Below the pieces are notes generated by a model that saw nothing but the letters and a program-made list of their open reading frames with translations, searched no databases and was not told the origin of the DNA. From positions 3,552,001 to 3,616,000 of the forward strand of contig CAWIPH010000002.1 in assembly GCA_963837955.1 (NCBI GenBank): a stretch of 64,000 nucleotides of DNA, written 5' to 3'. Source of the stretch: an uncultured Verrucomicrobiae bacterium (GTDB lineage Bacteria > Verrucomicrobiota > Verrucomicrobiia > Chthoniobacterales > JAFAMB01). A program made the position numbers and the translations under genes. This document shows, piece by piece, positions 9,617-21,214 of the stretch (the first letter of the stretch is position 1; each line of letters starts with the position of its first letter).

Positions 9617-9898
9617 AATGCTGTTTGGCTGTTGTTTGGTCTCGCGATCGTCATGTTCGCGACTAGGGAACGATCGAACAGATCGGGAGAAAATCGAGCG
9701 AAGATCCATCCGAAGATCGCGAAATCATAAGCTATTCAGTCCCCTCCGATGTAGGCACGCTTCTCCCGCGTTTTTCGCAATGAAGAGCCCGACAGATCCG
9801 ATTTGAGCGGAAAAATGAGAACCGGAAGGTGAGTTCGCAAGTCTTCGAACAGTCGCCTTCATCGTGTGAATCGCACACGATTCACTGACTTCTGCTCG

Positions 9899-10543
9899 TC
9901 AAACTACAGCAGCCTCGGGAGCCGGTTTTGACCCCTCAAGTACTCGCGCTGGCTGGCTTAGACCAAGGATCCGATATGCGCCGGGGCGCATCCGGTCCAA
10001 GACTCTCAGATCGTTCGCTATTTTAGCTTCCTGAACAAGTCCGACGATATATGATTGCAACTCCCGAGCGAGCACCTGCGGATCTCCGGGAGAAATGTCG
10101 CCGCGGTTGATAGCGTCACGAATAGTCGCTTCCAAATAGCGACATTTTCCTTCGCTGATTTGTTGGGCCATCTTTCGAATGCTCTCGTCCTGCGTACTCA
10201 GCTCGCAACCGAGCGAAATAAACGGACATCCAAGCAATCGACCGCATCTGTCCAGGCGCTCTTTTTGGGTTTGATAAATGTGGCTAAAATATGAATCGAG
10301 CCGCTCGACTGGAGTTTTTTGGACCGAAAAGACACGATCCAGAGTAGCCCGAAGTTGATCCCAGTGATACTCGTAGGCTGCGACAGTCAATTCAGATTTA
10401 GAACGAAAAAAATGGTAAAAACTTCCTTTTTTTACCCCGGACTGCTCGCAAATCTGGTCCACGCCTACCGAGCCGTAACTCTGACGCGAGATCAGCTCGT
10501 GGGCGGTTCTCAGTAACTTGAGCTTAGACTCGCACTGCTTCAT
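9899..10543 (-). CDS. TetR family regulator, NemR-like and Cys-rich
   Basis: N-terminal HTH (GVKKGSFYHFFRSK); GCPF motif in the ligand domain. Confidence 0.9.
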   Translation of the reverse strand: MKQCESKLKLLRTAHELISRQSYGSVGVDQICEQSGVKKGSFYHFFRSKSELTVAAYEYHWDQLRATLDRVFSVQKTPVERLDSYFSHIYQTQKERLDRCGRLLGCPFISLGCELSTQDESIRKMAQQISEGKCRYLEATIRDAINRGDISPGDPQVLARELQSYIVGLVQEAKIANDLRVLDRMRPGAYRILGLSQPARVLEGSKPAPEAAVV

Positions 10544-10559
10544 CGGATACGCAATATAC

Positions 10560-10575
10560 TAAACCGATCGGTCAA
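10560..10575. promoter_or_regulatory. Putative TetR operator
   Basis: TAAACCGATCGGTCAA with perfect core ACCGATCGGT, next to a TATATT -10 of tetR; resembles the NemR box TAGACC-N4-GGTCTA. Confidence 0.65.
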
Positions 10576-10593
10576 CCGCAAGCGCTTTGTATT

Positions 10594-11946
10594 ATGCAAT
10601 GTCAATTGCCTTCCCAGCCCTCGGAACGACCCGAATCGAATATCGACTTGAGCCAACCCGCAGGTTGCATTTGTATAGATCATTCCTTTGCATGGTCGCC
10701 GCATTCATCCTTTGTTGCTCTAATCGGCTATTACCTTCTGGATTCATTTGCTAAAGTTCTCAATGTAAAAAGCTTGCAAGATGCAGTACCGCCCGAATTT
10801 GCCGGAATTTATGAACCGGACCGTTATCGGCAATCCCAGCGCTACCTGCGAGTAAAAACTCGATTTGAGTTGGTCTGCGCAACTTTCGATCTCGTTTGCC
10901 TATTGATTTTCTGGGGTTTAGGCGGCTTCGAGCGGCTCGATGTCTGGTTGAGAAGCTTGCATCAAGGATCGGTTTTAACCGGGCTACTCTACTTGGGTAT
11001 CTTAGCGGCAGCTCGCGAACTTCTAGAATTACCGTTTCAGGCATACGCCACCTTCGTTATCGAGCAACAATTCGGGTTTAATCGCGCAACGCTCAAAACC
11101 TTTGTGCTCGATCGCCTAAAAGGTTGGGCCCTCGGCGGTTTGCTTATGTTCGGTTTTCTCACGTTGGTACTTAGTTTACTGGAGTTCTTCGGCCTCCGGG
11201 TGTGGCCGGTGGCCTGGATAATCACCGCAGCGATTTCGGTTCTGCTCGTGTATCTAACACCGACGTTTATTCTGCCACTCTTCTTCAAATTCTCTCCGGT
11301 GCCGGTCGGACCATTGCGAGAAGGCGTTATGGCCTATTGCCAAAAACAAAATTTCGCGCTCCGCGACCTTTTGGTGATCGATGGCTCGCGTCGCTCCTCC
11401 AAGGCGAACGCCTTCTTCACCGGCTTCGGCAAGAATAAGCGAATCGCGCTTTTCGACACACTAATCCAGAATCATACGATTCCCGAGCTAATCGCGGTAC
11501 TGGCCCACGAAGTCGGACACTTCAAACGTCGCCACGTGATCCAGCATTTTATTATCGCGCAAATCAACCTTTTCTTTCTGTTTCTCCTAGCATCCCTTTG
11601 TCTTTCCCGTCCGGAACTGTATGCGGCTTTTGGGGTTACGCATCCATCCTATTATGTAGGCTTCGCCCTGTTTTCGTTGCTCGTGCAACCGTTTACCATC
11701 ATTTTAGGCGTGGCACTAAATTATTGGAGCCGCCGTCACGAATATCAGGCTGATCGCTTCGCAGCTGAGTCGACGGGCGAATCAGCATCGCTGATTCTGG
11801 CGTTGAAAAGACTCAGTAAGGATAGTCTTTCTAACTTGACGCCGCATCCACTGCTGGTCGGACTACATTTCACCCATCCGCCAGTCTTGGAACGGATTCG
11901 TGCCTTGGAGAATCTGGCAAGAATGACGCCGTCCCGGGATCCCTAA
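10594..11946 (+). CDS. M48 (Ste24/CaaX-like) membrane metallopeptidase; start uncertain, probably downstream
   Basis: NAFFTGFG, HEVGH, EYQAD and THPP motifs; multiple TM segments. Confidence 0.92.
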   Translation: MQCQLPSQPSERPESNIDLSQPAGCICIDHSFAWSPHSSFVALIGYYLLDSFAKVLNVKSLQDAVPPEFAGIYEPDRYRQSQRYLRVKTRFELVCATFDLVCLLIFWGLGGFERLDVWLRSLHQGSVLTGLLYLGILAAARELLELPFQAYATFVIEQQFGFNRATLKTFVLDRLKGWALGGLLMFGFLTLVLSLLEFFGLRVWPVAWIITAAISVLLVYLTPTFILPLFFKFSPVPVGPLREGVMAYCQKQNFALRDLLVIDGSRRSSKANAFFTGFGKNKRIALFDTLIQNHTIPELIAVLAHEVGHFKRRHVIQHFIIAQINLFFLFLLASLCLSRPELYAAFGVTHPSYYVGFALFSLLVQPFTIILGVALNYWSRRHEYQADRFAAESTGESASLILALKRLSKDSLSNLTPHPLLVGLHFTHPPVLERIRALENLARMTPSRDP

Positions 11947-11966
11947 TGGGAAACTCTCGGACCGCC

Positions 11967-12386
11967 CTAACTCGCAATTCCTATTTCTCTCATCAACCGC
12001 TCCTGAAGCTGTTCCATTTCCCGAGAGGCGGAATTGGTGGTGTCGTCGTAGCCGGCGAGATGGAGAAGCCCGTGGAGAACATAGAGGCAGAGCTCTGCGA
12101 GCAGCTCCCTGCCCAGTTGAATCGCCTGGCGATCAGCGGTTTCAACACTGACGATTATCTCGCCATGCTGAAAAGTGATTACATCGGTCGGGCCAGCGAT
12201 CCGCATGAATTGCTGATGAATGGATGAGATTCGCCGATCGGAAACAAAAACGACTACGATTTCCGCCGGCAAGGAGTTCCGTTCGACTGCTTCCACCTTC
12301 TCCAGAGCGCGCTGCGCAAAGGAGGATAGCGGACGAAGGTCGATCGTTTTGGCGCGCTGCCGATTCAGCAACGAAATTTCCGGCAT
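11967..12386 (-). CDS. ybeY: rRNA maturation endoribonuclease YbeY
   Basis: PTDVITF and HGLLHLAGYD motifs; phoH operon context. Confidence 0.92.
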   Translation of the reverse strand: MPEISLLNRQRAKTIDLRPLSSFAQRALEKVEAVERNSLPAEIVVVFVSDRRISSIHQQFMRIAGPTDVITFQHGEIIVSVETADRQAIQLGRELLAELCLYVLHGLLHLAGYDDTTNSASREMEQLQERLMREIGIAS

Positions 12387-13996
12387 CAGGCTGCCGACGC
12401 CGGCGGAAGATTGCGCAACCGGCGAGATTCTTGTTCCGCCTTCTCCTCGTCCTTAGGATATTTGATCCGGGTATGCAGCATGTTTTGCAACGTGAACCGG
12501 AAAGTCTCGGAAATTGTGCGGATTTCTTTCAAGGTCAAATCGCACTCGTCAAGCTGTCCTTCGGCGACCCGCTTGTTGACGATTTCGTTCACCAGCTGCT
12601 CGATCTTTTGGGGCGTCGGCTTATCCAGACTGCGGGCCGCGCTCTCCACGGCGTCCGCCAAACTGATAATTCCGCTTTCTTTGAATTGCGGTTTAGGTCC
12701 ACTGTAGCGAAAACTTTCCTCGCGAACTTCGGGAATATCCTCCTCCCGAATATTCATGATCTTGCCTCCTTCGCGAGCGTCCCGCTGTTGTTGAAGCGCC
12801 CTTTTGTAAAAATAGCTGACCAGAGAGGTACCGTGATGTTGCTGGATGACGTCGATCACCTTTTGGTTCAGTCCGTACTTTAGAGCAATATCGACGCCCT
12901 CTTTCACGTGCGCGATAATGATCAACGCGCTCATGGTCGGAGCCAGATCATCGTGCGGATTTTCGTCTCCAATGATATTCTCAGAAAAATAGTTCGGCTT
13001 CACGAGTTTGCCGATATCATGAAAGTAAGCACAGGCGCGGCACATCGTGCCATTCGCGCCGATTCGGTTGGCGGCAACTTCTGCGAGATCGGCGACCACG
13101 TCGCTGTGATGCCAGGTTCCCGGAGCCTCGAGGCTGAGGCGTAAAAGGACGGGATGGTTGCGATCCGCCATTTCCAGCCAGGACATATCGGTGGTGATAT
13201 GAAAAAGTGATTCCAGGAGCGGCAAAGCGCCGCCCACTGCCATCGCCGTCAACATCCCGTTCAAGATCGCAGCGAGAGACTGTTTCGCGAACATGCCCCA
13301 GTCCATCTGTGGTAATTGCAACCAGGAGATGGAGATAATTCCGAACGAGACTGCTAAAATCCAGGTGGCCAGACCGACATAGAAGCCCGCTCGCAAGAGA
13401 CGACTTCTTCTGCGTACCTGAATCGTCACAAATACGGCGATGAACCCGCTAATGAGCGACATCACCAGCAACACGGCGTCAACCCCGCGAAAAAGAATCG
13501 AACTCCACAGGCTGACGAAGACAGCAGCATAAATACCGTAGTTCTTGCCCAGTAACACCGACAGCACGAGGGGCGCCAATGCGTACGGTATCAGTAAGAC
13601 ACCGATTTCAGGTCGCAATGCTCCATGCGGATCGCTGCAGAAGACCATGATGAGCTTCGCGATACACAGGTGCAAAAGCATGACCCCGAAAACCAGGCCA
13701 ATTCGAGAATTCTTCTGAAAGGTTTCGGGGTAATTGATCCAGAGTTGAGCGAGCGCAGTAATGAACACCAGGAGCCCAATGAGAAAATATTTCGCTGGCT
13801 CCGGATGCTCTCGAGAAAAGATAAGAAACCCTAATACCAGAATGAAGAGGGCGAACATTCCGACCTTCACCCATGGGTTCGATTCCAGCTTGCGGACCCA
13901 TTCCTTCGGCGCTGGCTTGCGCCGTTGCTTTGTGCAGGCAAGTCCCTTCTTGACCAACCGCTTCCTGTCCTGTGAACCAAACATACCCATTAACAT
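12386..13996 (-). CDS. 7TM-HD phosphohydrolase (PgpH-like cyclic-dinucleotide phosphodiesterase family)
   Basis: TM bundle followed by APGTWHHS, YFHDIGK, IIAHV, QHHGT and LADAVE; lies between phoH and ybeY. Confidence 0.88.
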   Translation of the reverse strand: MLMGMFGSQDRKRLVKKGLACTKQRRKPAPKEWVRKLESNPWVKVGMFALFILVLGFLIFSREHPEPAKYFLIGLLVFITALAQLWINYPETFQKNSRIGLVFGVMLLHLCIAKLIMVFCSDPHGALRPEIGVLLIPYALAPLVLSVLLGKNYGIYAAVFVSLWSSILFRGVDAVLLVMSLISGFIAVFVTIQVRRRSRLLRAGFYVGLATWILAVSFGIISISWLQLPQMDWGMFAKQSLAAILNGMLTAMAVGGALPLLESLFHITTDMSWLEMADRNHPVLLRLSLEAPGTWHHSDVVADLAEVAANRIGANGTMCRACAYFHDIGKLVKPNYFSENIIGDENPHDDLAPTMSALIIIAHVKEGVDIALKYGLNQKVIDVIQQHHGTSLVSYFYKRALQQQRDAREGGKIMNIREEDIPEVREESFRYSGPKPQFKESGIISLADAVESAARSLDKPTPQKIEQLVNEIVNKRVAEGQLDECDLTLKEIRTISETFRFTLQNMLHTRIKYPKDEEKAEQESRRLRNLPPASAA

Positions 13997-14007
13997 TTAA
14001 GTTTGCC

Positions 14008-14994
14008 TTATTTGCGCGCTACCGAGGCCGGGGGGTTGCGCTTTTCCCTAAACGCTTTGTAGGCGTGAATGATTGATTTCACAAGCGAATGCCGTACTAC
14101 ATCGCGTTCCGAAAACTCGATGAACTGAATATCGGCGACCCCTTGGAGCGCCTGCAGTGCTTCGATCAACCCCGAAGTCTTGTTCGCGGGAAGATCGATC
14201 TGCGTTTGATCGCCCGTCACCACACACTTGGAGTCAGCCCCTAAACGGGTAAGAAACATAAACATCTGCTCCCTGGTCGTATTTTGCGCTTCGTCGAGGA
14301 TAACAAAGGCATCGTTGAGAGTCCGGCCCCGCATATAAGCGAGGGGAGCAATCTCGATCACGCCCCGATCCATGAATTTCTGAATTTCCTCTGCAGAAAT
14401 CATATCATACAACGCGTCATACAGTGGGCGCAAATACGGAAAGATCTTCTCCTGGAGATCACCTGGTAAAAAACCAAGCGCTTCCCCGGCCTCAACCGCG
14501 GGGCGAGTCAAAATGACGCGCTTGACTGCTTCTCGTTTCAACGCCTCCACCGCCATAGCCATGGCCAAATAGGTCTTCCCGGTGCCGGCCGGCCCGATGC
14601 CAAACACAATATCGTACGTCTGGATCGCTTGGACGTAAGCCAGCTGCTGGCTTGTTTTTGGGCTGATTGGTGTCCGTCTGCTCGAGCCAAGAATCTGCAC
14701 TTCGGCCAGCTGGCCCAAAGATTCTTGCGATCTCCCGCTCACGATGTCGAGAGCATACTGAAATTCGTGCCGGTGAATCTGCATTCCACGTTGCCGAGCC
14801 GCTTCGAGCTGGCCAAAAAGTTGGCGAGCCTTCTCGATGTTATTGCGTTCCCCTTCCAACCGTAACCACCCGTCCCGGGTGGTGACCTTGAGATCGAGTT
14901 TCTCTTCGAGCGTTTGCAAAAGCCGGAGATCGTTCGCGTACAGGTTTTGTAGCGTCCGCCCGTTCTCAAACTGAAGCGTTTCTGATTCTACCAT
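14008..14994 (-). CDS. phoH: PhoH-like ATPase
   Basis: GPAGTGKTYLA, RPAVEAGE, YMRGRT and DEAQN motifs. Confidence 0.95.
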   Translation of the reverse strand: MVESETLQFENGRTLQNLYANDLRLLQTLEEKLDLKVTTRDGWLRLEGERNNIEKARQLFGQLEAARQRGMQIHRHEFQYALDIVSGRSQESLGQLAEVQILGSSRRTPISPKTSQQLAYVQAIQTYDIVFGIGPAGTGKTYLAMAMAVEALKREAVKRVILTRPAVEAGEALGFLPGDLQEKIFPYLRPLYDALYDMISAEEIQKFMDRGVIEIAPLAYMRGRTLNDAFVILDEAQNTTREQMFMFLTRLGADSKCVVTGDQTQIDLPANKTSGLIEALQALQGVADIQFIEFSERDVVRHSLVKSIIHAYKAFREKRNPPASVARK

Positions 14995-15306
14995 CTAATG
15001 TTTGGTCCGCGAAATGGTCTGCCGTTCGTCCGGCTGCTCCCGGAAGAGTACAGTTTTTTTCCCTAAGGGCGCTCCCTGCATCCAACGGCCCATTTTGATC
15101 GCAACGAAATCCATGTTAATTCGCGGCTAGGACACTAGTGCACCGTATCGCAACGGTCTGGTAAAATGGCTCATTGACGTGCGGGGTTTGTCAGGATGGT
15201 CAACGCAGAACTTACCGTCTACCGAAAACCGGAAACGAAGCAAAGCAAGTAGTCGCTTCCACCAAAGAAAAAATAAGTAAGCGCCGATTACGCATTGCGA
15301 ATACGA

Positions 15307-15729
15307 TTATTTGTATCCGTACACCATTGCCCAATGGGTGCGTTCGACAGGCGAGGAGATGACCTCGACGATAATATAGTAGGTGCCAGTGGCCGGAGCA
15401 ATAACCCGCGCAGCCGCAAAATGACCTTTTTGGTATGCATCGCTTTCAACAAGCCTCCCCCGCGGATCGTAAACGTGGATTGAAATGCGGGCATTGTCGA
15501 CATCGGTTCCCATACAGAACCAATAGTCGTTTCCTTTGAAAAGCGTGTGAGTAATTGCCTGCTGCTGCTTGACGCCCAAATCCCCTCCCCACTCGTCTTG
15601 GCGAGCCAAATATCCCTGTTTCACGTAGGGATCGATCGCTTCCATGGCCCGAGCAATCGCGTCGTCTACGGTAGCATAAGCCGCCGACTGCGCCGCTAGA
15701 ACACTAATCGCAATGATTAATTGTCTCAC
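15307..15729 (-). CDS. Hypothetical secreted protein, beta-rich
   Basis: Signal-peptide-like N-terminus; 9 bp from the upstream gene. Confidence 0.7.
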   Translation of the reverse strand: MRQLIIAISVLAAQSAAYATVDDAIARAMEAIDPYVKQGYLARQDEWGGDLGVKQQQAITHTLFKGNDYWFCMGTDVDNARISIHVYDPRGRLVESDAYQKGHFAAARVIAPATGTYYIIVEVISSPVERTHWAMVYGYK

Positions 15730-15738
15730 AAATGTTGT

Positions 15739-16533
15739 TTAAGCCTTCGAATTGATCGCCTTGACTATGTCGCCGGTAATCTCGTGAATCCGCTTCACTG
15801 AGGCCGGTGTGATCTTCTGACTGATGAGCGGAGAGATTTCATCCAAGCTCTTCTGAATCCTGCTAACCAGTTGGTTGTTTCGGAGGCGCGGTGGCATACC
15901 AGCCAACCTCTCTTGGAAGTATTTGAGCAGATCAGGCTGATTCAACAAATCAGCGCCATCGGCCGAGTAGCTTTTACCAACAATCGACGTGAGTACCTCG
16001 GTTCCGCGAAGCCAGCCGCCCAAACTGACCAGATGCGCCAATTGATCATCGCGTAGCGCGATCATCGCATTTTTCACATCAGATAGAGCTCCATCCAATT
16101 CCCGGCGAACGCCCACCCAGTCGTCTGAATCGGCCTTGGTTAATATGGAATTTGTCCGAGCCAAGACCGTCTTTTCCACCCCGATCGCCCGAGCAAGCTG
16201 CAACACGTCGCGACCCACTTGCTTTACGCGCTCGCGGTCGGTCGCCTCCACCGCGACAAAACCTTCCGCTACTACCGACCCGAGTAAAAGAGCGATCTGG
16301 GCCCGTTCCCCCCGATTATTGATGTTTGGATTGCGCAGTTCGCCTTTCCAGTCCGGCGTGCCCAGCTTATCCAATACGTTGAAGACCTCGCTTGGGAGAG
16401 GCACAACGACATTATCCAATCTTGTCGCCGGGAACCGATTTAGATCTATCTGCCTGGCTGGTGCGTCCGCTAGTACCAGCCTGGGAAAGCCGGCAGCCAC
16501 CGCGACAACTAATGGGAAAAGGATTCTTTTCAT
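15739..16533 (-). CDS. Hypothetical secreted helical protein
   Basis: Signal-like MKRILFPLVVAVAAG from ATG 16533; long clean ORF. Confidence 0.75.
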   Translation of the reverse strand: MKRILFPLVVAVAAGFPRLVLADAPARQIDLNRFPATRLDNVVVPLPSEVFNVLDKLGTPDWKGELRNPNINNRGERAQIALLLGSVVAEGFVAVEATDRERVKQVGRDVLQLARAIGVEKTVLARTNSILTKADSDDWVGVRRELDGALSDVKNAMIALRDDQLAHLVSLGGWLRGTEVLTSIVGKSYSADGADLLNQPDLLKYFQERLAGMPPRLRNNQLVSRIQKSLDEISPLISQKITPASVKRIHEITGDIVKAINSKA

Positions 16534-16841
16534 CTTTTTTGGGGAGATAATCGATAGGAGAAATCGGTCGGGTTTTAGCGGTAAGTGGCTAAAATCTCCC
16601 GCTTTTAGGCGTCCTCGCTCTCGAAATATCGGGCCCAGCCTAAAAGCAAACTGCATTTTGAGCAAACGCCGAATCGTACGAACGCAGAAGGTCTTTCCTG
16701 GCTCAACTCGCTCGCCTGAGAGAGTTTATCTCCGGGACCGAAAACCGCTTCACTTATGCGGTTCCCAACGGACAGTTTTGCGGTATTCCGCTTGACCTGT
16801 GCGAGCAGAGCTACCATTTCTCCAGACCGACTGACATTTCG

Positions 16842-17846
16842 ATGAATTTCACCCGACTAGAGCAAATCCTCGATCAGTTCCCCAGCAAGCGTGTCCTGGT
16901 GATCGGAGACTTGATGCTGGACGAATTTGTTTGGGGGCGCGTCTCTCGCATCTCCCCGGAAGCTCCAGTCCCAGTCGTTGAAGTCCTCCGCGAATCGTAC
17001 TACCCGGGAGGAGCAGCCAACGTTGCCCGCAACGTCCGCGAATGCGGGACGCAGGCCTACGTTATGGGCCTGGTCGGAGATGACCGGGCTGGCGCGCACC
17101 TTCGCGAGATCTTGGGAGAGAATGGCATTGGCCATGAGACCCTCCAGATCATTCCGGCATTCCAAACGATCGTCAAAACTCGGATCATCGCCCGCCAGCA
17201 ACAGGTTGTTCGCGTCGACCGTGAGCGGGCCTGGACTCTAACCCAAGAAATTGAGGACTCCTGCGTAGAAGCCATCCAACAATTGCTGCCGCAGATCGAT
17301 GCGATTATTCTCGAAGACTACGGAAAAGGTTTTCTGCAACAGTCTTTTATCGACCGAATAGCCCAGCTCGCCAGCGGGAAGGTCGTGACAGGCGATCCGA
17401 ACCCGAGAAATCCGCTTCAATGGAGAGGAATAACGGCAGTAAAACCAAATCGGAGCGAAGCCTTTTCGGCAGCAAACGCACCCTGGAAAGAACCAGGGGA
17501 TCATCCGCTCAAGGATAGCGCGCTACTCGCGATCGGCCAAAAACTGCTGAGCGCCTGGGGACCCAAACAGCTCCTCATCACTCTGGGCGACCAAGGAATG
17601 ATGTTGTTTACCCCGGAAAAAACTCCCTACCATATTCCTTCCAGAGCGAAAGAGGTTTACGATTTGTCCGGAGCGGGCGACACCGCGATTGCGTTCTACA
17701 CCTTGGCATTGCTCTCCGGTGCGACCGCGATCGAAGCGGCGGAGATTTCGAACTACGCCAGCAGTGTCGTAGTGGCAAAATTTGGAACCGCGACGGTGAC
17801 GCCGCAAGAGCTGCGGCAGAGTTTTCTCCTGGCCCAATCGTCATGA
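16842..17846 (+). CDS. rfaE1: D-glycero-beta-D-manno-heptose-7-phosphate kinase (stand-alone HldE kinase domain)
   Basis: GDLMLD, RISPEAPVPV, GGAANVA, DYGKG and DLSGAGDT motifs. Confidence 0.92.
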   Translation: MNFTRLEQILDQFPSKRVLVIGDLMLDEFVWGRVSRISPEAPVPVVEVLRESYYPGGAANVARNVRECGTQAYVMGLVGDDRAGAHLREILGENGIGHETLQIIPAFQTIVKTRIIARQQQVVRVDRERAWTLTQEIEDSCVEAIQQLLPQIDAIILEDYGKGFLQQSFIDRIAQLASGKVVTGDPNPRNPLQWRGITAVKPNRSEAFSAANAPWKEPGDHPLKDSALLAIGQKLLSAWGPKQLLITLGDQGMMLFTPEKTPYHIPSRAKEVYDLSGAGDTAIAFYTLALLSGATAIEAAEISNYASSVVVAKFGTATVTPQELRQSFLLAQSS

Positions 17847-18376
17847 CCCTGGCTAAAGCAGTTTTCCTCGATCGGGACGGCACCCTCATACATAACGTCC
17901 CTTATTGCTCGGATCCGGCCAAGGTGGAGGTTCTTCCAGGTGTTACCGAATCGCTCAAACGGCTGAAGGAACGTGGGTTCAAATTGATAGTTGTCACCAA
18001 CCAGAGCGGCATTGGCCGGGGCTATTTCGGAGAAGACACGTTTTGGAAAGTTCAGGCTGCTTTCGAACAGCGGGTCGGGCTCGGTTTAATCGATGTGACC
18101 TATTTCTGCGGTGATCATCCGGACCAAGCTAGCGACCGGAGGAAACCGGGACCGGGAATGTTGTTGGAAGCCGGCCGCGACTTGGGGCTTGATCTAGCAT
18201 CTTGTTTCATGATCGGAGACAGCGAATCCGACGCTGAAGCGGGGGCTCGAGCCGGCGTCAAAGCGACGATTCTGATCGAGCCGAACGCACGAAGCGGTCG
18301 GGAGGGATTATGGATCGCGAAAAATTTCCCTGAAGCGGTTGATCTGATTTTGCAATGCCATCCCGGCGACTTGTAA
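17843..18376 (+). CDS. gmhB: Heptose-1,7-bisphosphate phosphatase (HAD-IIIA)
   Basis: FLDRDGT, TNQSGIGRG, RKPGPGML and IGDSESD motifs. Confidence 0.92.
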   Translation: MTLAKAVFLDRDGTLIHNVPYCSDPAKVEVLPGVTESLKRLKERGFKLIVVTNQSGIGRGYFGEDTFWKVQAAFEQRVGLGLIDVTYFCGDHPDQASDRRKPGPGMLLEAGRDLGLDLASCFMIGDSESDAEAGARAGVKATILIEPNARSGREGLWIAKNFPEAVDLILQCHPGDL

Positions 18377-18564
18377 ATGGCGATCGCTTTTCCTTGCGCG
18401 TTCCGCAGTCGGGCGGCAGCCGCCGCGGCCAAACCCAATTCATCCTATATTGACGATTGATAGTTGATTTTGTCCCCGATCGCCAGGTCCTTAGAACGGT
18501 TCTCTAGCTAATTTCTGCGCAAGAGCTTGATTCTACGCCACTAGCTCAGGTACAACCTTCGCTC

Positions 18565-19320
18565 ATGAGGGTCGTCGCAATTATTCCGGCCCGTTGGGCA
18601 TCGACCCGCTTTCCCGGAAAGCCGTTACACGGCATCGCCGGCAAGCCTCTGATCCAGCACGTTTGGTCTCGTTGCGTCGAAGCGAAAGTGTTTGATCGCG
18701 TTGTCGTTGCAACGGACGATATGCGCATCGTCGAAGCAGCTTTTCAGTTTGGGGCCGAGGTGGCTCTTACGGCTGCTGAACACCAAAGCGGCACAGATCG
18801 TATAGCGGAAGTGGCAAAAAAGATGAAGAAAGTCTCTCTCATCTTTAATATCCAGGGAGATGAGCCCCTGGTTGATCCGCGACTGCTCCGCCGTCTGGTG
18901 AAGAAGCTGCAACAGGATCGGAGCACCGACGTGATCACCGCCGCCACCGCTGTATCTCCCCAGGAGGCCGAGAACGACCATATCGTTAAGGTAGTGGTGG
19001 ACCGAGGAGGATCGGCTCTCTACTTTTCACGCAGCAAAATCCCGTTCGCACGTTCCGCAACTGGTTCGGGGTGGCTCCGGCATCTTGGCATCTACGGATA
19101 TCGCAGGAGAGCGTTATTGGACTTTGTCCGGCTGGCACCGAGTCCGCTGGAAACAACTGAACAGCTCGAACAGTTGCGCGCACTGGAAAATGGCATGAAG
19201 ATTCGCGTCGTTATCTCTAAGAGCGGTTCGATTGGTGTGGACACGCCGGAGGATGCTAGCGCGATCGAACGCCAAATTTTAAGCGATGGTGGCACCTCTG
19301 CGACTCCGGCAGGCCGATGA
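18565..19320 (+). CDS. kdsB: 3-deoxy-manno-octulosonate cytidylyltransferase
   Basis: IPARWASTRFPGKPL, SGTDR, QGDEP and EQLEQLR motifs. Confidence 0.96.
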   Translation: MRVVAIIPARWASTRFPGKPLHGIAGKPLIQHVWSRCVEAKVFDRVVVATDDMRIVEAAFQFGAEVALTAAEHQSGTDRIAEVAKKMKKVSLIFNIQGDEPLVDPRLLRRLVKKLQQDRSTDVITAATAVSPQEAENDHIVKVVVDRGGSALYFSRSKIPFARSATGSGWLRHLGIYGYRRRALLDFVRLAPSPLETTEQLEQLRALENGMKIRVVISKSGSIGVDTPEDASAIERQILSDGGTSATPAGR

Positions 19321-19356
19321 TCGCGGCCATGAGGTGTGCCAACGTCGGCACCCTAG

Positions 19357-20973
<1,617 letters not shown>

Positions 20974-20974
20974 A

Positions 20975-21043
20975 ACGTAGCCTGATGCTTCCGCCTTCGT
21001 TCTACCACAACCCCATAAACTTCGGCGGACGAGCCAGCCTCAG
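20975..21043. repeat. REP-like element with inserted palindromic module (copy 1; inverted copy at 42487-42554)
   Basis: ACGTAGCCTGATGCTT-[CCGCCTTCGT...TTCGGCGGACGAG]-CCAGCCTCAG. Confidence 0.75.
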
Positions 21044-21051
21044 TGATGGTA

Positions 21052-21158
21052 TTGTGATTAGTGAGAGGAGTGGTAAAAGGCGCGGTGAGAGATTTCTGCC
21101 GAGGATTTTGCCGATAGGCATCCACCGATCACTTCTCACCAACCACTTCTCACAATCG
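21052..21158. repeat. Dispersed repeat with conserved core and heptamer-like inverted flanks (copy 1)
   Basis: Core GAGATTTCTGCCGAGGATTTTGCCGATAGGCATCCACC (21089-21126) nearly matches 48360-48396. Confidence 0.7.
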
Positions 21159-21214
21159 CAGCACCCTCGGTTACTGAGCCGGGAGGATCAGGCTACTCTG
21201 CAACGCCTGCACGC

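Noticed and set aside
14995..15114. 39-aa ORF in frame with phoH, with TAG directly before the phoH ATG (read-through or uORF)
   Set aside because: No SD or recognisable motif; PhoH is complete without it; compatible with chance.
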